This document shows positions 23,361 to 35,699 of a stretch of 64,000 nt of DNA, piece by piece; positions within the stretch are counted from its first letter, which is position 1; each line of letters starts with the position of its first letter. The translations under genes were made by a program, and so were the position numbers. Source of the DNA: Lama glama (taxonomy: Eukaryota); NCBI GenBank assembly GCA_028534125.1, contig CM052830.1, positions 23,994,001 to 24,058,000 of the forward strand. The letters are read 5' to 3'. The notes beneath the pieces are model-generated. The model was not told the origin of the DNA, ran no database searches, and worked only from the letters and a program-made list of their open reading frames with translations.

Positions 23361-25575
23361 GATGCCAGAAAGGATGAAAACACGCAGGTTCCCCAGATTA
23401 TCTGGGATACTTTCCCCCACAAAGCCTCTCAGACTCTCTCTCCTCGCTTCTTCAGAGGGTGCCACTTTGGGGAACTGGGCCCCCCCAACCCCGTTCGTTG
23501 CCACTTCTCTTGCTAATCGGCAGGTTTTGGTAGATGGGTCTCCCGTTGTCTGCTGCAGGTTACAGAGTCCTGCAGGCTCAGTTCAGCCCCTTTCTCTGCT
23601 TGGCAGCCTCCTACGTTCCCAGCCTGTGACGTAGAGAGGACACCTGTCTGTCCGAGCTGAATTGACGGTCACATCACAGGAGGTCACCTTGAGCGTGTTT
23701 GCACAGGGCCTGGCCGTGGCTTCCCAGTGAACGGCACGTGCTTTCCTGGCCTACCTTCGCGGGACAGGCAGAACCTAGCACAGGAGGCTACCATGGCGGA
23801 CAGTAAATGCTCTCTGGCTGATGGACGCCAAGTCTCCCGGAAACCCACACCCCCGCTTCCTCCGTCTGCTTTCCCTTCCGCGGCGCTAGGCGTGCGGGGC
23901 GCCCTGTCCTGGGCCTGTGTCTTGTCCTCTCCTGACGCATGCAGTTCCTGGGGGAGGCGGGAGGAGCTGCGTGGCGTGAGTGAGCGAGCCTGACTCACCA
24001 CTCGGTAGCTGGGTGGCTTTGGGGATGGTCCTTGTTTGCTTGGGGCTGCGGTTTCCCTGCTTGCTCATAGGAGGCTGGATTAGGGGCCCCGTGGCCTCTC
24101 CCTACCAGGCTCAAGACCCTCCGGCCTGTGACCCTCCCTTCTCCCACCATTCTGCTCCGCCCAGGCCTGGGACCCGTTGGCACTGACCCAACACTGGGTG
24201 AACGGAACCTTGGCGCCCTTTTCCTGCAGTCATTTCCTGTTTTACATTTTAGTGGGCTCTTTAGACCAAACTACCCTTCAAAAACCAAAAGAAAAAATGG
24301 CAAATTGCCCGAACTCAGGACCGGCCACTGGGACACGTTCCTAACTGTCGGGCCTTTCCAGGGACCTCGCATCCCCCATGCAAAGCCGGTAACTGTGGCA
24401 GTGACTGTCCCTAGTGAGTCCCGGGTCACAGAGAACAGCAGGTCCCAAGCCCGCGGCGAAGCCCTGATCCTGAGGCCCGTGGCACTGACCCGCTCGTGAC
24501 TGGAAGGTCTGCTTCTTGAGAGGGTGACCGAGGAGGGAGCCAAGCCCTGAAAGCTTTGTCTCCTCCACTCTGCCAGCTCTGGACTCCGGGATAATTCCAG
24601 CCATTAATATTTTAAGCAACTCGTTTGACATTTTCCCATTTAATTAACTTGCATACGTGTGAGAACAGGGTGTGGAGAGTGCCAGGACATTTAAAGAAAG
24701 CCATTTGGGTTTTCCCGTTTCTGGGGGGGGTGGGGGGGAGGGTCGCCACTCTTTCCTTTGCCTTTTTCCTCTTCGCTCCATTTCTGTCCTGCATTCCTGA
24801 TCCTGAGGCTCAGCTGCTGAGCTCGGAGGAACAACCGAACCTGCCAAAGCTGATGCCCCACAGCCTCAGCCTGGGTGACGCGGGGGGGCCCGGAGCGCCG
24901 GGCGGCGGCTCTTGTACCCTTGACCCCGGCTGTTCTCCAAGTGTGTGTGCAAGAGGCACTGCCGTCCGCGCAGCCCCACGCCACAGGCTGACGTGGTCCC
25001 ACTGCCACGCCAGCCCGGAGGGAGCGAGGGAGGGGCGGCGGGAAGGCAGACCGTCCATCGGATGTGGTTGCGGCCTTCCCCGCCCCGGAGCTGGGGCTCC
25101 GAGGGGAAACAGCAGCTCCGTGACGCTTTTCTCCCGGAGTGACACAGTCGCTGCCACGACGTCCAATGATTAAGGAATAAAGGGATACAAACAGAGCGCG
25201 TTCATTGGCGAGATGCGGTGGGGGCTGGGGAGAGGCTCACTCCATGTTCCCTAGTTGAGAAGTCGCACCCTGATTAGCTCCCACCCAGAGCATTCACGGG
25301 TGCTCTGCGCCATCCCACCCCGGCGCCAGGCCGCAGAACCTGCAGCCCTGGAGTTCCCTGCTGGCGTCCGAAGGGGCTGTGCGGCCTCCAGGCGCGCCCC
25401 TAGCACGAGGCTGCGAGGCTGCGCCGCTGGCCCAGCCTTCAGAGAGGATCCGCTGTCTCGTGCTTCCATCCGCCCTAATTAATCACAGACTTCCCCTGCC
25501 CATCAGCCGCTCCGCCTGCTCTCCCCAGATGAACCTGGGCGCTCCCGGCTCCAGTTTATCCATGGTGGCCGGCAG

Positions 25576-25610
25576 CCAGCCCAGCCCAGCCCAGCCCAGC
25601 CCAGCCCAGC
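25576..25610. repeat. (CCAGC)x7 pentanucleotide microsatellite
   Basis: Read directly from the sequence. Confidence 0.95.
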
Positions 25611-27819
25611 CCCGACCCGGGAGCCGCGTTCCCAGGATGCAAAATGGCACCCCCATCTCAGGCAGCTCACGGGAGAACGAGTCCTGCACTTAAAATGAAA
25701 ATCCTTTGCAAGCCAAGCTCATCGGTCTCTGGAGAAACTTCATGTCTCTGCTTCCACCCACACTCAGGAGAGTCTTTGGAGATTTCTAACGGGGCTGGGT
25801 TTGTTTTTCGGGAGGCCCCCTCTGGCTGCTGTGAGGACACATCTGCAAAGGGCAGTGATGGTCCCTGGAAGGTGCCCTGGACTCGGTGTTGAGGAAGAGG
25901 ATGCAGAGAGTGTGGCAGATGCAAGAGACCGCACCCCCTGGGGCTGGTTTTCGTCTCCCGGGCCGGCCAGCGTGCAGGCTCCCACTGACCCACTGGGGTG
26001 TCGAACAGGGCTCCGAAAGAGCAGGGAAAACACAAAAGAACTGGGCAAGGTAGCTGGCTGTGCAGGGTAATGCCAGACATGACCACCTGGGCCAGGAGCC
26101 GGGAGCCTGTTTCCTTGCTGGACCTTTGGCCTCCTGGCCCGGGTCAGCAGCAGACCCTCTGTAAGCCCCACTGTCACTGGTGTGCGAGGTGTTAACTCTC
26201 AGCCAGGCCGGGTCCCGCTGGTCCCGGGGCAGGTGGCCCGCGGGCAGATGGGAGGGGTGGACAATGTGCATGGAGCGTGACCACCCCCAGAGCACAGGCC
26301 CCAAGCTGTCCCACTGAGCCCTCCCGGCTGGGCTGGGAGGACGGAGATACTGGTGACCCCCCTGTACAAAGGGACAGACTCGTTTCTCCTGTGACTTGCC
26401 CAAGGTCACCCTGTTGGCGGCAGCCCCAGGGCTGAACACAAGCCTTCTGTCCATGCTGGTGCAGCACAGTGGAGCGTCCCACCAGCAGGACTGTCCAGAC
26501 TTACGTGAAGGCCAAAAGATGAGACAGGATCTGCCTGGGTCTCTGCAGTCCGTGCTTCCTGCCAACATGGCGGTGGCCTCCCTGAACCGGACACTGCCCC
26601 ATCCCATGAGGCACAGTGGTCCCACAGGGCAACACCTTTGGATGGGTCATTGGCTTACCAACCTGGCTTACCAACCTGGCAGCCTTTAAACGTCCACTAT
26701 TCTGGGCTACCCCAGATATACTGAAGCAGAGTGGATAGGGATCCGGCGGCTGTGTTTTTAAAGTCTAACCAGGTCCTCAGTGGATGTATGGGGAGCTCGG
26801 GGGGGAAGTGCTGTCAGGCCATGAGTTAGCGGCAGAGTCGGGAGAGGAGGGCGGGTCCTGCCTTTCCCAGCCTTCTCTTCCGCGGGACTGTACCGATGCT
26901 CTGCAAGGGGTTGTGGGAAAGTCCACCCTTACGGACGGTCTGGAAATGTCGGGGCTGGGCAGGAGCTTCAAGGGTGCCTTCCCAGCCCAGTGGTTCCCGG
27001 CCGCCCGCCGGACCAGCCATGTCAGTCGTGCGGGTGCTTGTTGCAACCCGGGTTCCGGGCCTCCCACTGTACCTACTGCGTCAGCGCTGGGGAGGTGCAG
27101 CCTTGGACCCTCTGCTGTCAAAGTGTCTCTGGTGAGTCTGAGCTCAGCCATGTCGGGAAACCCATGAATCCAGCCCTAACCGTTTTACGAATCCAGTCCC
27201 CCAAGAGAAGCGATTGGCCTAAGCTCACCTGGCTTAGCAGCCAAGGTTCCGGCTCAGCCTAGAGCGCTTTCCTCTGCCCAGCACTCATCCGGAAGCCCAG
27301 CCGCGCGGAGGGGCGGGGGGAGGCGGTCAGCCCGCGGCAGCAGGAGGGCCCGTGACGCGGAGAGCAGCCCCCACTCAGCTGCTTGTGGCAGGTTTCTCTG
27401 CCCTGGTTATCGATGCCTCTTCTCTTCCTGGTACCTCCGCTTGCCCATCCTGATGCAATCAGTTACTCACAGGAATAAATTATGCACACAGCCTGCAGTC
27501 TATTAGGTAATCGGTGGTGCGGTGCGCTGGCCCAGGAGCCAGCTGGCAAGACAGGCTGTCTGGAGTGAAGGCCAGCAGAAGGGACAGTGCAGGCCCGGTG
27601 GGTGGAAGCGTCTCCAAGTGGGAGAGCCCCAACCCTCCAAGCAGGGAAACTCTGGGTCCCCAGAGACGAACTTTCAGGCCAAACTTGAAAACAACTTAAG
27701 AACCACAACGGCCCTGCTCCGGCTGCAGTTCGCGGGCCAGCCACCTCCCCAGCGCCCCCACTTCCCACACCCCCTGTCCCTGCAGAAGGCCTGTCTCTGA
27801 TCCAGCTGGACCTGGAGCC

Positions 27820-27955
27820 TGCCTCTCAGACCTCAGTCTGCCTGGGGGTCACCAGGGATGCTGTCGAAATGGAGGTTCTGATTCAAGGGGAGGCTGAAGT
27901 TCTGCGTGTCTGACAAACTCCCAGATGACACCGATGCTGCTGATCTGAGCAATGA
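27820..27955. mobile_element. MER5A-type DNA transposon remnant
   Basis: gtcaccagggatgctgtcgaaatggaggttctgattca...ttctgcgtgtctgacaaactcccagatgacaccgatgctgctg. Confidence 0.7.
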
Positions 27956-29344
27956 GGGCCGAGAGGCCGGCGTGGGCAGAGCTGGCCATTCAGCCAGCTC
28001 CGTTTACTGGTTTCCAGGGCAGCCCCTTTGCAGGTGCTGTCCCCTCTACCCACAATGCCCTCTCCGCTCACATTTGCTTAGAAACTCCTGCTGGCCATTC
28101 ACACTCAGGCTCGGGCAGCGTCTGCTCCCTAAGATCTTCACTGACCCCCTTCTGACCTAAGTAGACTCAAGGGAGGTGATACCTGCCCTGTGCCCTGATC
28201 AGACTCCATTACATCAGTGCCCACTCTTCTGTGACAGTGGTCTCCTCATCTCTCCATCCCCATGCCGGATAGGGCTCTGCAAGCCACAAGGCACAGTTGG
28301 TCCTGAGAGATTTTCAAACATCTCTGAAACAGTCTGAGACCCGAAAGCAAAATGATTGGGTCCAAGATGTGAAGGGAAAACTTTGCAATAGAAATTAATA
28401 AAATTTCAATGAAACATCTACCAAACAAAATATTACATCAACCTCATTAATGGTTTCATGGAGTATTCATAAAAATTCATAAAAATTTCATTATATTTGA
28501 AAACACTGTGTAGGTTAGATTTTCTCACTTTGCAAGAATTCTTGAGTGCCCTGATAATTGCTGAGAAGTCAAAGCCAACTGTCAATCGAAGGGATGACTT
28601 GTAGCCAAATAATTTCAAAGGCAAGGTTATAAAAATAATTTTTCAACAGAGAAAAATATACTTAATGTGGAATACGAGTGAAATTCAGTATGTCTGACAT
28701 GCATGGGGTGGAGCTTCCAGAGCCAGCGTTTCTAGGTCTTAATGGCCTAGAAGCAATCTTGGTGTCTGGCTCAGGAGAGGCAGGCAAGAGGCTTCACCGG
28801 AATGAGTGGACAAATAGATGGGCACCCAAAGTGAATCTGAAAAGTGCAAAGGTGGGAGGAAGGCAAGAAAAACAGGAGGGACATATAAAATGTAGGCCAA
28901 AGTTTTAGGACAACACAGAGGAAGTCCTTGTTAGCAAGAAACCCAGCTGGCCGGCGGAGACACGCAGTATCGCCCCCACTGGCTGGGGGGGTCCTGGGTT
29001 CTCCACCGACTCTGGCCTCGTTGACCTGTCATTGCTACTTCTCCAGTGCCAGGAACATCAGAGCCCCTCGGCATTGCCTCAGAGAAAGAAACCAGTGGTC
29101 CCTGAGGATCGAGGCTCTGCCTCTCCTCTGGGAAGGGGGCTCGAGGGGAGCTCTGTAACCGACTCTGCGTCAGACATCCTGCACTGGACCCAAATTCATC
29201 TTGAACCAATTTCTACCTTCCTCCTGAACCACCTCTTGGTTAACATGTTCCATATGTTTCTTCCTCTGAAGGAAAGTAACCTTTAGTTTTATTTCAAAGG
29301 GTATCGTTGAAAAGTCTGAGGGGACAGGACTTTGTTTGAAGACA

Positions 29345-29530
29345 AGAAGATTTGGGGAGTTCTTCCAAGGAAACAGAGATAAGCAGAAAGATTTATATGC
29401 AAGATGTCCACTGCAGCATTATTTACAAGATTGGAAGGTTAGGAGCAGCCTGAACGCCCCGCACAAGGGGTCCGTTAGCTGCGCGGTGATCTACCCACAC
29501 AAGGACAACGACACAGCCAGTAAATCTGCT
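29345..29530 (+). mobile_element. L1ME-type ORF2 C-terminal / 3' fragment
   Basis: aaagatttatatgcaagatgtccactgcagcattatttacaa...cagcctgaacgccc...acacagccagtaaa aligns by eye to the L1 segment encoding CTxMFxAALF...WKQP. Confidence 0.7.
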
Positions 29531-30089
29531 TCTGAAGGTTACATCCAGCAATAGCCAGCCTCTAGTGAGCCCTCCCTGGTGCCAGGCGCTGGCGTCCGTG
29601 GTTTGCATCAACTCCTCGCAGCGGCGCTGTGAGAAGAGCGCCGTTTGTAGTACCTCCGCTTGACACACCGGGAGACTGAGGCACAGACAAGCCCGGGTCC
29701 CGCAGGTGGGGCTGTGCCTGACCTGGCACCTCAGGCTCCCTGCCGCACACTGCAGGACGCCGCCTCCCTCTAGCAGACCGAGCCTGGGGAGCAGGGGAGG
29801 GAGGGGCGAGCCCCTTCCCAGGTCCGCAGCGAGCCAGAGCGAAGAAGGTGGGTCTGAGCTGCACCCGGGCAAGGACGAGGGCCTGGCCAGGCTGCCCTCG
29901 CAAGGAGTGATTACAGAGCAGGAAAGAACCCAAGTGAGACCCCAGAGCAGGGAGCCCTGGGGAGGCAGGGTGACCAGCACATCAGATGCATTGTAATTGT
30001 CCACTGAAAACGAACAAATGAACCCCGGGACAGGGCAAGGCCCCACTGCGCGCCCACGCGGGGACAGGGATCACTGGGGCGAGTAACAT

Positions 30090-30300
30090 GGATGAGTCCA
30101 CCCAGACACCACGCTGAGGGCTCTCTCCAGGAGTCCCGTTGAATCCTGCGGCTGCAACATCTCTTTGGGCTAGCATCGTTCCCATTCCACCGGTGAGAAA
30201 ACTGAGGCTTGGCAAGGGTGAGTAAATTACTGGTAAATAACAGTGGCTGGAATTGAACCAGGTGGAGCGGAGGCCAGGGGCCACATGCTTAACTGCTTTG
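30090..30300 (-). mobile_element. MIR SINE
   Basis: cccattccaccggtgagaaaactgaggct...cagtggctggaattgaaccagg...catgcttaac. Confidence 0.7.
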
Positions 30301-33149
30301 CGACATCCTCTCTCCTGGGAGGTGGGCGGCCAGCGCAGGAGTGGGAGCCCGTGTGCACCCCAGCAGCCCATGCTGTTTTCTGTTCCGCCAGCTACAGCTG
30401 GCCTCCCTTCCCATTCAGGGAAACCGTTCTATATGAAAAAGATTGCAGGGCCTCCTGGGTTTACGTGAAGCCCCAGGAAGCCCAGCTTCTGGGGACACGT
30501 GAGAGGGGAAAGGGGGAAGCACACTCGTATCTGGAAGAAACAACCGAATGGTTTCTGGTCCCTCAAGCTGGTGCAGCGTGAAGCCCAGGGGAGTCCGAAA
30601 CAAAGGGACTCTGCAGGCCCCCCCAAAAGTCCCAGGCCCCTCCTCAGCCCCAGGCTGCTGGCCCCTCCCCAGTTAGCCCCCCTTCCTCCGAGAGCTGCCG
30701 CCTCACACCCGTCCCTGGACCCTGGACCTGCTGTCCAGGCTGGCAGCGGAAGGGCCCAGCCCCCAGCCCTGACTCACCAGCCCAAAGACCCCCCCCCCCC
30801 AGGCTCCTTCTGACCTTACTGACCTCAAGGGCAAACAGGCAGGCTTTTCTGAGTCTTGGTTTCTCTGTCTCTGTCTTCCTTCCTGAAGAGCTGATTCGAG
30901 GTCCCTGGGGATTCTGGCTTCTCTGCACCTGGAGGGCAGCCTCCCCCAGATGGCCTTTGACCAACCCGATCCCCAGGGGAGGGGGCTACAGAGAACGGAC
31001 CACCTTTGGGGGCCGATCCAGTGCCAGCACCCCTCCCCTCAGAACCACCACCAACACACCCATGGGCTGGGCTCTGGGGCCGTGCTGTCCAGGAGACAGC
31101 CCCTTTCGTGGCCACAGAACTGATGGGAGCACAGGGGCCCTGGCTGGGGGCCCCCGTCTGCTGCTGCGGGGGGGGGGGGGTAGTCAGCCCATCAGGCACT
31201 CCCCCAAGATATTAGAAGCCAGGCTCTCCCCTTGGCCTCTGGGCGACACCGGGTGGTGGGAAGCAGGAACCAGGGCAGCTGTGCGCTCCTGCTGGGGTGG
31301 GGGGGTGGGGGGGCGCTGCCAGAGATGGAGAGAAAAAGAGGAAGACAAGCTTGGGCGGGGTGGGGGGTGCCGGGGGGTGGCGTGCACATGACTTTGCAGT
31401 TCCTGATTCTAGTTCCCCAGGAGGGGCTGAATTTTTCACCCTTGGGTTTTGTGAAACTCCTCCCCCGAGGTCATCACTTCGCCTGAGCAAACGGCTGTCT
31501 GTCCTTGGCAGCCAAGCGGCCCCGGCTGGACGCCAGGGCCCAAGGGGGCCTTCCCCGCAGGGGGCTGCTCTGAAGACCCCGCCCTGCAGGGGCTTCTTCT
31601 CCGTGCGAGGGGGCCTGTGTGGGGAGGGGTCCCTGCGCCTGCTCTGGGCTCGCTGCGTGGCGGCCCCCCTCGGACATGCTGGCATCTGGGGCTTCTGCGA
31701 CCTGCCTGCCCTTGGCCTATCAGGTGGCAGAGCCTGATCGACCCTTTCCCTTGGTGGTGCAGCTCTTAAATGTGCCCCCGCACGTGGCAGTAGGCGGCAG
31801 AGAACACCTTAACTGCCTTCTGTATTTGCGCTGATAGCTACAAAGCACGTTTGTATACATTGATATAGTTTCCATAATAATCATGGGGGGCATTATTTTT
31901 CACTTTGCGTATGGAGGAGCCACTGGAATCAGCCCCTGATCCCAGCCTGACCTGGTAGCTGCCTGCCCCACAGCACGTGCCCACACCTGAGGTCAGAGCC
32001 CAGCTGCCCACACACGTCCACACACAGGCTTCAACCACGTGCTGCTGGATCTGCTACAGGCGTTTGTCCGCCCACGGTCCACGCACGTCCTGGTTACATG
32101 TGCTTCCAGATACGCAGAGTCCTCGGCTAAGATGTGATCGTTTTCTCCCAAGATCGACGGCCCCAGTTGGACAGCTCAGCACCCTCCACCTTGTAAACCT
32201 GTCCTGTGGTTCCTTCCCCTCCCCTGGTCCCCACCTTCCGCCGTAAAGAAGGCAGCACACCTTCTGAGTTGTGTGCGCCGGGCAAGCTGCCAGCCCCCCA
32301 CAGCTAACCAGGACCACATCCTGTGTCGCTCTGCCTCTTAGTCAGGCCTCCGCAGCCCGGCTCAGGCTGCCTCCCCCGCCCTCCGGTTCCCACATCCATA
32401 CAGCCGAGCCACGCTGACCAGTAGCACGGGGCTCCTCTCCCGACGCCTGCTCCAGAGAAGACCTCCAGAGAGGTGCTGACAGGGTCCCGGGAGGGCCAAG
32501 CTTTGCCAGGGTCAGTCCCAGGGCCAGGGAGGCCTGGCAGACCAGCAAAGGGTAGAGGCCCAGAGGAGCACAGACTCCCCTGCGATGGCTTGGGGGACCC
32601 TCCCTTGGACCAGCCTAGCTTCTCCCCCAGCGCATACTGAACCAGCAAACAGCAATGCCCAGAGCACCCAAGCACGCCCAGTCCCACCCTCTTCCTGCAG
32701 CTTGTCTTGGAGCTGGCCGACCTCCGTGTTACCCTTCCCAGATGGCGAAGGGATAACATGGCAAGTCCGGAAGCTGCCACCCCACCTGAGCTTCCAGCCC
32801 TCCCTGCACCTCTGAGGCTAAGCTTCAGTTAGCTGTCTCTTCTTTCAAGAAAGAAACCAGGGCCACGGCCAGCAGAGGGGGAGGGAAGGCCGGCTGGGGC
32901 CTGGGTGTGAAGCCTGCCTTTGCCACCAAGTCGCTGTGCTTCCACGGGCAAGCGGCCCCATCCCTCTGGGCCGCAGGTGCCCCGCCTCCTGGCGAGGGCG
33001 AGGGCTGCGTTGAGCCGTCAATTTCCTCTTCGCTTCTGGTCCCCACAATAACATAAACCACAGCTCTGGGTTAGGAATCAAGCTCAGGGCCCAGACAGCA
33101 AAGGTTCCTCCCTTTCTGCAAAAGTAACAAAACACTGAAGCAGCAAGTT

Positions 33150-33370
33150 TCCTGCTTAGCGAGCGCCTACTCCGTGCCCGGCGCCCACTCTAGGCACGTG
33201 ACCTTCACAGCCTCACACCATCTTTACAGCAAGGTGAAGGGGTGGGTGTTACCGTCACTCCCATTTTAAAGCTTTCCAGCAAAGCTCAGAGAAGTTCCGT
33301 GTGTTCTTCACGGACAGACACAGCTGGAAAGGGGCTGAAAATGCCGCAGTGCAGAGCTAGGACGTCCTGG
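33150..33370 (-). mobile_element. MIR SINE
   Basis: gagcgcctactccgtgcccggcgcccactctaggcac...cccattttaaag...aagctcagagaagtt. Confidence 0.7.
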
Positions 33371-33399
33371 AAGGCCATTGTTTCTTGTGTCAGTCTGAC

Positions 33400-33960
33400 C
33401 AGCTCAGTTTTCCCTTCCCCATGGACCCTTATAAAGTTTGATCACACCCTTGGACGCAAGGAAAAGGAATATTTTAATTTAAAATTGGAGGTTTTACAGG
33501 CCCCCGTCTATTACTGTCATCCAACATTTTAAAATAAAGAAAAATAGAATAATGTGGCTGAAAATATTCTTAACTGCTTAGAAATTAAGAAACATTCTTA
33601 TAGATAACCCGTGGGGCGAAAGAAATATTAAAACTGAAGTTACAAATCATCGAGAGGAAGATGGAAAAGGGGACCATTTTCTTTCCAGATCTGTGGGATC
33701 CGGAAGAAAGCTCAGCTCAGGGGCAAAGGCACGGCCCTGAGACGCCTTCCTGACGAGAGAAAACTGCAAATGAAGGAGCCGAAGACACATCACTGGAAAT
33801 GAGGAAACAGGGCAGGAAGCGGGCATTAGTCAATAGCTGAAATAACGCAGGGAACAAGCCAAGTGAAGTGCAGATTCCACGAAACCACAATCGGCGAAGA
33901 GGCCGACGGCGTCGCAGGGCCCAGCGGAGCCGAGCCGTGGGCCCTGCGCCTTGGCCCCTG
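33400..33960 (+). mobile_element. LINE-1 ORF2 remnant (end of the endonuclease domain and following linker)
   Basis: TLIKFDHTLGRKE (ORF 33242..33532) matches L1 TFSKIDHILGHK. It is followed by KLRNILIDNPW (L1 KLNNxLLNxxW) and PDLWD..AQLRGK (L1 QNLWDTAKAVLRGK), with frameshifts. Confidence 0.8.
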
Positions 33961-35614
33961 CCCCCCGGGCTGGTGGCTGCCCCACCCGCCTCCACCTGGA
34001 CGGGCGGTGCGCGGTCCGGGGTCCGACTGCGCGGCCACGGCTCCTGGGCCTGGAGTCCTGAGCCTCTCCTCCCAGAAATAAAGCCCTTCTGTCCGGCTCG
34101 TTAGGTGAACGGGAGAGTTCTGTGTTTTCAGCAATGAAAGCTGCTGTGGTTTTGTTTTCTCTCTGTTGCCAGGAGTCGAGAGGAAGTCTGTGGTTAGACA
34201 TCTTCGGGTGGGGACGTACACAAACACAGCGGCAGCAAGCGAGCTCCCCGGCTTCGGCGCTCCCTGCCCCGACAGGACTCACGAACCTGAATGAATGAGA
34301 GGGAGGGAGGGACCACCGACCCTCTGTCCTCAGCCTTCCAGACCTGCAGACTCGCTCACCCTTCCTCGTGTCCCCAGCCTGCCTCTTTCCCATTCTGACA
34401 GTAGGATACTGGGCTCCACACTTTTCCTCAAAGGATGAGGCCACCCAGTTTGCCTTCACTCCAATCCAGAGACTGAACCTAAAAGATCCCTGTGGATTCA
34501 GCACCCATCCCAGTAACAGCTGGGGCAGGCACTGCTGGCTACCACCCACCATGGGTGCTAGCCTCTCCTGTTCCATCGAAGCCCTGGATTTGATCAGGGT
34601 GGTGGTGCACCTGAACACCAATGCTCACACCTCCAGCCCCCCATATACCGAGAAGCTGGCCCTTTGATTGCAGTGCTGACCAGTGAGCTATTGAACTTCT
34701 AAGAAATCCTTTGCATTCATCACATAGGCACCCACTCTTCCTCCTCCTCCCTTCTTGTTCCCTGCCTGGAACTTGAACGCAAGGTCTGGAGGTGCAGCAC
34801 CCTCTTTGTGTTTATGAGGTAGCTGTATGAGAATGAAGCTAGAGCAGAAAAACAGAAAGAGGCCAGGCCCTCGATGGCATCATCACCTCCTTCCCTGGCC
34901 TGCACTCTCACCAGGGACTCCTTATTTCATGAGAAAAAAGGCTTCAGCTGGTAAAAACCATTGTAGTTGGGTGTTCTATTATTTCCTACTTAAAACAAGC
35001 ACTTCAACTTTTCAAAATCTTTTCACCCCATTCTTTCTTGGGTCCTCACAGAAATCCTTTAAGGTAGATCAATGTGTCTCCTCCCATTTCTAGATGGGGA
35101 AAGGGAGGTTTCACAGTTATGAAGTGGATCAGAGGGTCTGCCAGGACTCTTCCCCCAGCCCATGGCTTTTCCCAAGAAAACCCCTCTTGCCTGTAGCAGT
35201 TCAGAGCCTGCCTCTCCCTGCGGTGCCCCCCCCCCCCGCCGCCCTGACACACACCCACAGGCTGAAGGTGAAAGTTCCTCAGGGACCAGGAGCATGCGGA
35301 CTGAGTTCAGCCCCAGCCTCTCACGCCAGGAGCAGACGGGCGCTGTTGTTCTAAAATCCATCCCTTCGAGTCAGAGGATCTGGGTGCAAGAGCTGGAGCT
35401 CCTCACACGCCACGTGGTCCCGGAGGGGTGGGGGCGGATCTCTCTGCAAAACCCCCCGCCTGTCTGTGCAGCGAGCTCGGCAGCTCTCCTCCTCCTGAGG
35501 CTGCGATAACCAGTCAGACACGTGGCAACGCAGGATTCGGGACAAAAGCTAGGTTGTCACCCCCAGCGCTCAGGACGCGGGTAACTCTGCCTGACAGAGC
35601 GCTGCGGGCCCTGC

Positions 35615-35699
35615 TGTGGCTGCCGTCGTGGTGGCTCCGGTCTGTCTCCAGGTGTGGCTGCTGTCGTGGTGGCTCCGGTCTGTCTCCGGGTGTGGCTGC
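35615..35699. repeat. 38-bp tandem duplication (~2.2 copies)
   Basis: tgtggctgc(c/t)gtcgtggtggctccggtctgtctcc(a/g)gg starts at 35615 and 35653, with a partial copy at 35691. Confidence 0.95.

Noticed and set aside
25576-25610. Immunoglobulin switch-like GGGCT pentamers
   Set aside because: Only 35 bp long with no Ig constant exons nearby; an ordinary microsatellite.
25786-26625. Longest ORF (279 aa) and the other >200-aa ORFs (for example 6070-6810, 33830-34621, 42809-43540, 50080-50883)
   Set aside because: They are rich in Pro/Gly/Arg/Ala/Ser, have no recognisable domain, overlap ORFs in other frames and often cross TE remnants. This is the expected by-product of stop-codon scarcity in GC-rich DNA.
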